In this document: positions 56,988 through 64,000 of the stretch, piece after piece | How the letters are laid out: the number at the start of each line of letters is the position of its first letter | Numbering within the stretch: position 1 is the stretch's first letter | Source of the DNA: Pseudomonadota bacterium | GTDB taxonomy: Bacteria; Pseudomonadota; Gammaproteobacteria; Beggiatoales; Beggiatoaceae | Direction: 5' to 3' | NCBI GenBank assembly: GCA_039714115.1 | Contig: JBDLJY010000001.1 | Location: forward strand, 1,749 to 65,748 | Length of the DNA stretch: 64,000 nucleotides | Program-made: the position numbers and the translations under genes | The notes under the pieces: model-generated | What the model saw: only the letters and a program-made list of their open reading frames with translations | Databases searched by the model: none | What the model was told of the DNA's origin: nothing

Positions 56988-57015
56988 GTCCAGTCCAAGA
57001 TAATTCTTGGATTCC
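56988..57015. repeat. Degenerate REP unit
   Basis: GTCCAGTCCAAGATAATTCTTGGATTCC. Confidence 0.7.
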
Positions 57016-57441
57016 AAAATAGCCTAACAGCCTAATTTTATCAAACACTGCCTGAATTTATTGCTCAATTTGATACGCCGCGCCCGCCTTAATCTGTGTC
57101 ACGCGCAATATGCTTTCTCTAATCAGAGTGGCACCCAAGGTTGGGCAGAGGAGAGGGCCAACAGGATTGACAATTCATTTCGCTGGCTTGCACACGGCGG
57201 CGATATTCTGGTTCGGCAGCTGTTTTAGCGCTGTTGTATGCGTTTGGCAGAGTCTGCTAAAATTTTGTCGCGTTCTTGTTGAGCGGCTTGCAGATGGTTA
57301 TCTATCGCGCTTTCTAATTGTTCAAGTTGGGTGTTGGTAGTCATCATTTATGCTTAACTAGGTTTAGGTTGTAGTATATCCACAAAAAAGGGTACAATGC
57401 AAAAATAAAATGATGTCCGATAGCATAAAAGAGAGATTAAT

Positions 57442-59409
57442 ATGCCTAAAAAATTGAAATGGAAACAAGCTGTTTGGAAAGCATTGAACCGCTTTGCGTC
57501 TCGACACCAGATACAAGCGATTAACTTTAAAGTGTTCTATGAAGAAGAACAAGAGCGCATTTTAGCGGATACTCAATCTAATACAGCATCACCACGCTCA
57601 GTAATCCGTTCAACTTTACAAAGACTATGTAATGATGGTGTCCTTAAAATTGAGCCGAAGACGCGAGGGACTTATATCTTAGTCGATGAACCTGTGTTTA
57701 ATACGTCACTCTCACAACCCTGTGCAGTAGATTTTGAAGCCTATCGCGCTGAATGGCTTAAAGACGTTATTGACGGTAATCGATCTACTATAGAATTGGG
57801 AAGACGCTTTGCACACAAATTGATTAGTCAATGGTTTGAAATAGATGATTCATCAGATGACATTGTTTATTGTGACGGTGCTGGAGACGGAGGTATTGAT
57901 ATTGCCTATTTGAAACGTGCCGGTATTCAAGGAGATACGTGGTACATTGTGCAAAGTAAGTACAGTGTCGCTTCAAGTCGGCAGCTTTTTTCTGAAGCTC
58001 GGAAGATGATAGGTACGCTTGATGGTAAAAACAAAAAGATCTCTTCATCAACTCAGGATTTATTAGAACGTCTGAATAATTTTCGCGCTCAAGCGTCTCC
58101 AAATGATGGGCTTATTTTTGTCTTTGCTACAGATAGATCATTAAGTGAAAATCAAAAAGAAATATTATTAGACATACGCGATTATGGTAAAAAGCGGCTT
58201 GGGAGTATTTTTGATGTACAAGCGGTTTCAATAGAGACACTTTTTCAGCGTCTACAAGAAAAGCCTCTGCCACTGAGTGTTCCGATTAAAATCCAACTTT
58301 TCCATTATGGGGAAAATTTGAGCATTGGTTATGCTCAGTTGGACGATCTATATGAGTTCTTGAAGGCTTACCGCGATAAAACAGGTGATTTAGAACCGCT
58401 GTATGATAAGAATATACGCCGTTATCTGGGATTACAACCACATCGGAAAACTAATCAGGCGATAAAGAAAACTCTTGAGGAAAAGCCTCAAAATTTTGGG
58501 TTCTACAATAATGGCATAACGTTGGTGGTTAAGAATTTTCGGGCACTTTTGAATGGTTATTTTGAGTTGACTGAGCCTTATATAGTTAATGGTTGTCAAA
58601 CAGTTGGTACTATCTGGAATGTTTTATTTAAAAAACTTGAGTCGGGGGGAACAGGCTCTGATCAACAATTAGAGGATTGGAAAGAAAGATTTGCAAAAGG
58701 TATTGTCGTGCTTAAAATTGTTCAAATAGATTCTGACGTGGAGGAAGAGTTACTTAACGATATTACACGTTATACTAATCTCCAAAATCGTGTTGAGGAG
58801 AAGGATTTTATAGCTTTAACTTCAAGTTTTAAACAATGGCAAAGTAAAATGAAGCGATATGGTGTGTACCTTGAACTTCAACGCGGGGATTGGGAGGCTC
58901 AGAAGGCTTTTCAGAATAAGCATCCAACGAGCTTTCAATTTAAGGCTCATGCAAAGGTACTTGATTTGATTAAAGTTTACAGTGCCGGCTGGTTAGGTGT
59001 TCCCGGCGTTGCCTTGGCCCAAAATCCGCCATTTTTACCGGGCGGGGCAATTTTTAAAAAGATTCTCGATGCTTCAAGAACGGTGCCATTTGGTGTGGAT
59101 GATCTATATGCTGCTTATCTTTTGCAAATCGGAACAGAAGAAAAGCCTTATGGCCCTTTTGGGAGAAAGGCTGCTAGGGATAAGAAAGACAGTCGCGGTT
59201 CAACTCGTTTTTTGTTTTACCGGATTGTCATAGAACTACTCAAAGATGTTATGCTTGATGCTCAAATAGAGCAATCTGAGGTTAATATTACACAATCGCT
59301 TTTAAAACTTTTTCGCAGGGAAAATTACACTGCCCTTTTAATGCAGGCGATACAATTGTTAGATGAATACTTTAAAGAAGATCTGGATAATTCGGTTTAT
59401 AGTATATAA
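57442..59409 (+). CDS. AIPR-family (abortive-infection phage-resistance-like) protein with an N-terminal winged-helix-like segment
   Basis: 655 aa. CDGAGDGGIDIAYL and WYIVQSKYS resemble the AIPR N-terminal signature. The last codons and stop appear to be supplied by the IS left end. Confidence 0.65.
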   Translation: MPKKLKWKQAVWKALNRFASRHQIQAINFKVFYEEEQERILADTQSNTASPRSVIRSTLQRLCNDGVLKIEPKTRGTYILVDEPVFNTSLSQPCAVDFEAYRAEWLKDVIDGNRSTIELGRRFAHKLISQWFEIDDSSDDIVYCDGAGDGGIDIAYLKRAGIQGDTWYIVQSKYSVASSRQLFSEARKMIGTLDGKNKKISSSTQDLLERLNNFRAQASPNDGLIFVFATDRSLSENQKEILLDIRDYGKKRLGSIFDVQAVSIETLFQRLQEKPLPLSVPIKIQLFHYGENLSIGYAQLDDLYEFLKAYRDKTGDLEPLYDKNIRRYLGLQPHRKTNQAIKKTLEEKPQNFGFYNNGITLVVKNFRALLNGYFELTEPYIVNGCQTVGTIWNVLFKKLESGGTGSDQQLEDWKERFAKGIVVLKIVQIDSDVEEELLNDITRYTNLQNRVEEKDFIALTSSFKQWQSKMKRYGVYLELQRGDWEAQKAFQNKHPTSFQFKAHAKVLDLIKVYSAGWLGVPGVALAQNPPFLPGGAIFKKILDASRTVPFGVDDLYAAYLLQIGTEEKPYGPFGRKAARDKKDSRGSTRFLFYRIVIELLKDVMLDAQIEQSEVNITQSLLKLFRRENYTALLMQAIQLLDEYFKEDLDNSVYSI

Positions 59410-59488
59410 AAGTATTGATAACTATTGACATGTAAATAGTATATGTGTATATTCATGCCCCATGAAAGCAAAAGACGTTTGAAAAATT

Positions 59489-60043
59489 ATGGGGATTACA
59501 CGCTACCATCTGTGCAGACTTGTAAAGCAGGGTAAAATAGGCGTGACAAAGCAGCCTAATGGCTATTACATTTACAATGCCGAAGATGTTTACAAATATG
59601 TTGGAAAAAAACGTCTTAATCTCCACACATTATTTATGCGCGGTACCAGCAAACAAAAAGCAGACTTAGGACGTCAAATCGAGACTCTTGAAAATTTTTG
59701 TTTGTCCCAAGGCATAAAAGTTGATCAGGTTTTTTCTGATGTTGCCAGTGGCATCAATTTTGAAAAACGAAAACAATTTTTTACCCTACTCGATTTAGTA
59801 TTTGATGGGCAGGTTGAAAAACTTTTCATTAGTTATAAAGATCGTCTAAGTCGGGTTGGATTTGGATTGTTTAAACACTTGTTCCTAAAATTTGGAACCG
59901 AAATAATTGTGGCCAATGGCCATGCTAACGAGAAAATGGATAGTGAGGAAATCATGAATGAGATTATCACATTAATTCATTGTTTCTCACTTCGGACATT
60001 ATTCAAAACGGCGCGTCAAACGTGCAATCGAGGTGCTAAATGA
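59489..60043 (+). CDS. tnpA: IS607-type serine recombinase TnpA (MerR-like HTH plus resolvase domain), probably impaired
   Basis: SKQKADLGRQIETLENF..ISYKDRLSRVGF. The same frame opens at ATG 59462 (MKAKDV) but hits an in-frame TGA at 59480. The active-site context reads MRGTS rather than the usual ARVSS. Confidence 0.75.
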   Translation: MGITRYHLCRLVKQGKIGVTKQPNGYYIYNAEDVYKYVGKKRLNLHTLFMRGTSKQKADLGRQIETLENFCLSQGIKVDQVFSDVASGINFEKRKQFFTLLDLVFDGQVEKLFISYKDRLSRVGFGLFKHLFLKFGTEIIVANGHANEKMDSEEIMNEIITLIHCFSLRTLFKTARQTCNRGAK

Positions 60044-60926
60044 GAGCACTGAAAACGAAAATTAAAGGCTTGAAAAAGCCCCAATTTGAGCGACTTAAAG
60101 AGTTGACTGGTCATGCTAAAAACCTCTACAACCAGACATTGTGGACGCTGCGAGAGGCTTTTGAAGCAACTGGAAAGTACTTCTCGTACTTCCAAATATT
60201 GAGCCTTTCATTATCGATGGCCTGAAACTGAAGTCAGTCAATGCTTATTACAATAAGCGCAAGGCTCAAATGCAATCCAAACTATCTAAAAGGGGAAAAA
60301 AATGGTCGCGTAGGCTCCAAGGTCTAACCGATTGGCGCAATGCTGTGGTAAATGACTACATGCATAAAGCGACTTCAATTGTTGTAAAAACGTGTGTAAA
60401 GCATGGCATATCTAAGGTTGTTGTCGGTGATGTTGTTAAGTCATTAAACGGAATCAACTTAGGCAAAAGAAACAACCAAAACTTTGTGAATCTATCTCTA
60501 GGCCAATTTGTGGACTTACTGAGCTACAAACTTGGGTCACACGGCATCGAGCTGGTAGTGACAAACGAGAGCTACACAAGCAAAGCTAGTTTCTTGGATG
60601 ATGACAAAATGCCTAAGAAGTACAACCATAAAGCCAAGAATAAACATACATTTAGCGGTAAACGGGTGAAACGCGGTTTGTACAAATCCAGCAATGGAAC
60701 GCTTCTTAATGCCGATGCCAACGGCGCGTATAATATTTTACGAAAAACGGATTCGGATTTGTCCTTTTCAAAATTGGCAAAAAAGGTAGGCGCAAGAATA
60801 AAAGAATGGTTGCACCCAACCAAGCGAATACACCCTTTGCCCACCTGGAAAGAACAATTTTTCATTGATTTGGATAGTCATAGAATAAGCAAACAAAAAA
60901 TGAAAAGTAAGCTTAGCTTCCATTAG
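60040..60926 (+). pseudogene. tnpB: tnpB pseudogene (internal deletion of about 200 codons plus a frameshift)
   Basis: N-terminal 61-aa ORF and C-terminal 218-aa ORF are in different frames. Comparison with copy 1 shows loss of the segment from PQMDKAMKQ.. to ..VVKAF. NESYTSK and NADANGAYNI RuvC motifs are retained, but the RuvC-I Asp region is lost. Confidence 0.85.
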
Positions 60927-61003
60927 GCGAATGTATCAAGGGTTGATACCTCCCTTATTCACACTATTGAAATGTCTGCCTCATTACGTGGTCATGTCAA
61001 TAG

Positions 61004-61210
61004 TTGTCAATAGAATTGCTATCTAAAGAGGGCAGTTATTTAAAAAGCCGTAATTTAAGTGTATATTTGAAATCAGATAAGCTCGGTGATAAACTTTTTT
61101 CTAAAAAATTTAATGAGTTATTGAACGATTATAAGAGACTTATGAAGCGGCAGGGTTCTAATGAGGAAAAATCACCTTCTCAATTTATCTTAGAGGCGAT
61201 AAGCTCTTGA
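61004..61210 (+). CDS. Possible ribbon-helix-helix-like small protein (or 5'-truncated remnant)
   Basis: LSVYLKSD..(helix)..SPSQFILEAI resembles an RHH fold pattern. There is only a TTG start, and it lies inside the IS end. Confidence 0.3.
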   Translation: MSIELLSKEGSYLKSRNLSVYLKSDKLGDKLFSKKFNELLNDYKRLMKRQGSNEEKSPSQFILEAISS

Positions 61211-61345
61211 TATATTCAGACGGGTTTTGCCAACACCGAAGGCCCCAACACCCGCGCCACCAGTTCTTCCACCGAGGTGTCTGGCGCACTGAGCGGGCGC
61301 GTAAAAACAGACCTGCGGGTCGTTGTCAACTCAGGAGAGCATATA

Positions 61346-61912
61346 TCATTTATTTCTCTGTTCTTTACGCCATTCCCAAGGCGTTTGATGGATGCCCGGT
61401 TGTGACCATATCCCTTGTTTAGCCGCTTTCGCTTGATTTTCAGCCACCTTATATTCTGGCTTTTTGCAATAAGCCTCATAAACGGCAGCTTTACCAGCCT
61501 TGACTTGGGCCAAATTAAGGTTGATTTCACCGCTATACACTTCTCCTACAATCCGCCCATAACGATCTTTATCAACTTGAACTAATTGCACTCTGTCTCC
61601 GGTGATGGAGCGTAGATGTTCGCGTGCCTGAGTACCCCACGACTCCTGCTTGATTTCCGGGGTGTCGATACAATACATACGCACTCTGGTTTTCTCGGTT
61701 TGTCCATGACATTGCAAAGTCATCGTATCGCCATCGTAAACTTTTAACACTTTGCATTCGTCAGGGGCGATTGGAAAAAAAATGTTTTGTAGCCAGTCGT
61801 TGTTGATTAATAGTGATGCCACCACGATGATGACTATCACTATCACTGGATATTTTTGCTTGTGCAGGCGACTACTCAGGGCAATTAGTGATTTGATTTG
61901 CTTTTCATTCAT
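61346..61912 (-). CDS. Thermonuclease (SNase/micrococcal nuclease) family protein with an N-terminal TM anchor
   Basis: 188 aa. VYDGDTMTL, RMYCIDTPE, GRIVGEVY and the AKAAKQGIWS pattern of SNase. Confidence 0.8.
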   Translation of the reverse strand: MNEKQIKSLIALSSRLHKQKYPVIVIVIIVVASLLINNDWLQNIFFPIAPDECKVLKVYDGDTMTLQCHGQTEKTRVRMYCIDTPEIKQESWGTQAREHLRSITGDRVQLVQVDKDRYGRIVGEVYSGEINLNLAQVKAGKAAVYEAYCKKPEYKVAENQAKAAKQGIWSQPGIHQTPWEWRKEQRNK

Positions 61913-62020
61913 AGCAGTATCTTTCCTCTTGTGAACAACGGGGCATTATCTTTAAATTAAGGCTCGTAGTAGTCGCTTTAGCGACTTGGTGGATTATATC
62001 ACGAACGATGTAAAATTCTG

Positions 62021-62815
62021 ATGAAACAATATTTAGATTTAATGCAAGACGTTTTAGATAACGGTATCCAAAAAGATGATAGAACTAATACGGGTACACT
62101 GTCTATCTTTGGGCGGCAATTGCGCTTTGATTTGTCTGAAGGTTTTCCGCTGCTGACGACTAAAAAGTTGCATATTCGCAGCATTATTTATGAGCTGTTA
62201 TGGTTTCTCAAAGGTGATAGCAATATCAAGTATCTGCTTGATAATAATGTTCATATTTGGGATGCTTGGGCTGATGAGCAGGGTGATTTGGGCCCTATTT
62301 ATGGTTTTCAATGGCGATCTTGGCCAAACGCGGGGGGCAAGTCTGTTGATCAAGTCAGCGAACTTGTGGCGCAAATCAAACAGACTCCTGATTCGCGTCG
62401 CCTCATCGTCTCCGCGTGGAATGTTGCTGACATTGATAAAATGGCTCTCCCGCCTTGTCATCTCTTATTTCAATTTTATGTGGCGGCGGGCAAACTTTCT
62501 TGCCAATTATATCAGCGTTCGGCAGATGTTTTTATAGGTGTTCCCTTTAATATTGCTAGTTATGCTTTACTAACGCATATGGTAGCGCTGCAGTGTGAAC
62601 TGGCGGTGGGAGATTTTGTCTGGACGGGCGGTGATGTTCATCTTTATCTGAATCATTTGGAGCAAGCTAGGTTGCAATTGATAAGGAAACCGTATCCGTT
62701 GCCAAAGTTGTTGATTAAGCATCAACCGGATTCTATTTTCGGTTATCAATTTGAAGATTTTGAAGTTGTTGATTATCAAGCGCATCCACATATTAAGGCG
62801 GCTGTGGCTGTTTAA
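62021..62815 (+). CDS. thyA: Thymidylate synthase
   Basis: 264 aa. [26 protein letters not shown] active site, full-length ThyA pattern. Confidence 0.95.
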   Translation: MKQYLDLMQDVLDNGIQKDDRTNTGTLSIFGRQLRFDLSEGFPLLTTKKLHIRSIIYELLWFLKGDSNIKYLLDNNVHIWDAWADEQGDLGPIYGFQWRSWPNAGGKSVDQVSELVAQIKQTPDSRRLIVSAWNVADIDKMALPPCHLLFQFYVAAGKLSCQLYQRSADVFIGVPFNIASYALLTHMVALQCELAVGDFVWTGGDVHLYLNHLEQARLQLIRKPYPLPKLLIKHQPDSIFGYQFEDFEVVDYQAHPHIKAAVAV

Positions 62816-62838
62816 TCAATTTAACGTTACGGACGGGG

Positions 62839-62993
62839 GTTAAGCCTCCAAATCAGACCTGCCAGGTATCCAAAACATGGCAGGTCGTTGTAAACTCAAG
62901 GAAAAATTTTTCGTTGTTTCGGGAATGGAGCGGAGCGGATTTCCCGAAACAACTGAATCCCTTATGGTATAAAGCTGCTTAACTTAATGGATA
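62839..62993. mobile_element. MITE fragment inserted into a GGACGGGG..CCCCGTCC hairpin repeat
   Basis: The hairpin halves ACGGACGGGG (62829-62838) and GGTTGCAAACCCCGTCCGG (62996-63012) are separated by sequence ending in the GCTTAACTTAATGG TIR. That sequence also contains the GGAGCGGAGCGG core. Confidence 0.7.
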
Positions 62994-63051
62994 TGGTTGC
63001 AAACCCCGTCCGGCATAAAATAGCCGTTCTTTCGCTAACCTCAAAACCTGA

Positions 63052-63149
63052 GTACAGGGATTTACGGAATAAAAGGATTGGTGTATTGATTGTATTGGGT
63101 TAATCCTTGTACTAATATTGAGCCAATTCCCCAATCATTAGTCCTGTAC
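63052..63149. repeat. MITE-like element with GTACAGGGATTTACGGAATAAAAGGATT arms
   Basis: The arm at 63052-63079 has degenerate inverted copies at 63102-63112 and 63123-63149. Confidence 0.55.
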
Positions 63150-63335
63150 TATTATATATATATTGGTTTTAGGAGTCCAACCATAACAACTACACGGATT
63201 GCATTTAAGAATGGATAAGTCAAAACAAAAGGACCAATCCGTTGTACTAGATTGGCAGCGTGGCAAATCACGGTTCCCCTACTGAAGTGGTTGCCGGTTT
63301 ATCATACTGGCATTGAGCCTAACAGACAACCAAGC

Positions 63336-63502
63336 ACAGGGATTGACGGAATAAAGGGATTAGCTCAAAAGCTGATCAAACCGGAGCGCACCCCAGCCAA
63401 GATAAATCTTGGACTCCTAAAACCAGCCTGAGCACTCCCACCATTAAACGGACAATCTTAACATACCAATCCCCTTATTCCGTCAATCCCTGTACTAGCT
63501 TT
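63336..63502. repeat. MITE-like element: 26-bp inverted arms ACAGGGATTGACGGAATAAAGGGATT / complement, enclosing a REP unit
   Basis: Arms at 63336-63361 and 63477-63502; REP at 63405-63426. Confidence 0.75.
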
Positions 63503-63645
63503 GTCATTTCGACGTGAGGATAAATCTAGCCAGTTAAGGGCAACCATAAAGGATTGCCCCTACAAACCGTTATATGGGATTGATTTGTTGACAAGGTAGC
63601 TTTCTATTAGTTTTTTAGGTTTATCATAACTCGTATAAGCTTTTA

Positions 63646-63666
63646 GGAGTCCAAGATTTATCTTGG
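63646..63666. repeat. REP unit GGAGTCCAAGATTTATCTTGG
   Basis: Read directly. Confidence 0.85.
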
Positions 63667-63723
63667 CTACTCAAATTTAAGTCAATCCGATCCCTCTCCG
63701 CTTTGAACAATGTATCCACGCGA

Positions 63724-63795
63724 TTAATGGATAGCTCAAATCCCCTACTATATATAATAAGAGACGTATTAATATAGTAGTGAGCTATCTATTAA
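63724..63795. repeat. Long imperfect hairpin TTAATGGATAGCTCA..CTACTATAT-loop-ATATAGTAG-TGAGCTATCTATTAA
   Basis: Read directly. Confidence 0.75.
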
Positions 63796-63822
63796 TTGCT
63801 CATCGACACTGCTTGTCATTAC

Positions 63823-63844
63823 GTCCAAGATAAATCTTGGACTC
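63823..63844. repeat. REP unit GTCCAAGATAAATCTTGGACTC
   Basis: Read directly. Confidence 0.85.
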
Positions 63845-63857
63845 AGAAAATCTATTT

Positions 63858-64000
63858 TTACCGCTTGAGCGTTTTGAGGGCTATGCCTAATTTCAACTCT
63901 TCTGTCAATTTTGATAGCTCACGTAGTCTTTCCAACAATGCTTGTAAATACTTCCCTTCTTGCTCATGAATATAAAATTTATCGTGATCGGCTTGGAAAT
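63858..64000 (-). CDS. 3' end of an unidentified gene running off the window
   Basis: Open frame ..FQADHDKFYIHEQEGKYLQALLERLRELSKLTEELKLGIALKTLKR-stop. No family recognised. Confidence 0.3.
   Translation of the reverse strand, partial: FQADHDKFYIHEQEGKYLQALLERLRELSKLTEELKLGIALKTLKR

Larger units (their letters stand above)
59398..61010 (+). mobile_element. IS607-family element (copy 2) with decaying tnpA and tnpB
   Basis: Serine-recombinase tnpA overlaps tnpB. The left end matches the 22173 copy. Subterminal 18-bp inverted repeat TTGATAACTATTGACATG (59415-59432) / CATGTCAATAGTTGTCAA (60993-61010). The right boundary is approximate. Confidence 0.75.

Noticed and set aside
57225-57347. 40-aa minus-strand coiled-coil ORF (MMTTNTQLEQLESAIDNHLQAAQQERDKILADSAKRIQQR)
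   Set aside because: It has an open frame and an ATG, but no SD or family resemblance could be established. It is too weak to call.
61207-61530. ORFs 61207-61422 (+) and 61216-61530 (-)
   Set aside because: They overlap the SNase gene or the GC-rich patch in alternative frames, with no motifs.
1-64000. CRISPR array, rRNA or tRNA genes
   Set aside because: The direct repeats present (1-275, 29.8-31.2 kb, 45.3-46.6 kb) are long units without short unique spacers. I saw no cloverleaf-like or rRNA-like stretches in the intergenic regions.

Overview
AT-rich gammaproteobacterial chromosome segment. All family calls come from motif reading only; no BLAST, HMM or folding was run. TAACTGA heptamer repeats, many MITE/REP palindromes, decayed group II introns and a metacaspase suggest a large sulfur bacterium (Beggiatoaceae, Thiomargarita/Beggiatoa-like). 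That taxonomic call is an inference. Core blocks are rpe-gph-trpE-trpG, pilB-pilC-pilD-coaE-zapD, a Pil-Chp/Tax-like chemosensory operon (two-domain RR, CheY, CheW, second CheY, SBP, MCP, giant CheA hybrid, two CheW-like genes), an xdhA-xdhB-methyltransferase-xdhC cluster, and thyA. Accessory and decayed material sits between them: a lipoprotein metacaspase coupled to an AAA_21-type ATPase; an orphan recD; a sensorless sigma-54 activator next to a TonB-dependent receptor; and an IS607-type element remnant carrying a 5'-truncated group II intron that itself carries a MITE, all inside the chemosensory operon. Further items are a Septu-like ATPase with a truncated HNH partner fused to the end of that operon, and a MazF-type TA cassette flanked by a duplicated asnB 3' end. 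There is also a second decayed intron ORF, an orphan 1238-aa P-loop NTPase, three tandem mini-genes for small hydrophobic peptides beside a mosaic 0.5-kb repeat block, an EamA gene split by a MITE, an orphan gspH-gspI pair, and an AIPR gene abutting a decaying IS607-family element. No rRNA, tRNA or CRISPR array was seen. The best candidates for something undescribed are the small-peptide/mosaic-repeat locus (44.4-46.6 kb) with the adjacent orphan giant NTPase, and the metacaspase-ATPase pair. None is a complete recognisable multi-gene system, and much of the accessory content looks like decay products.
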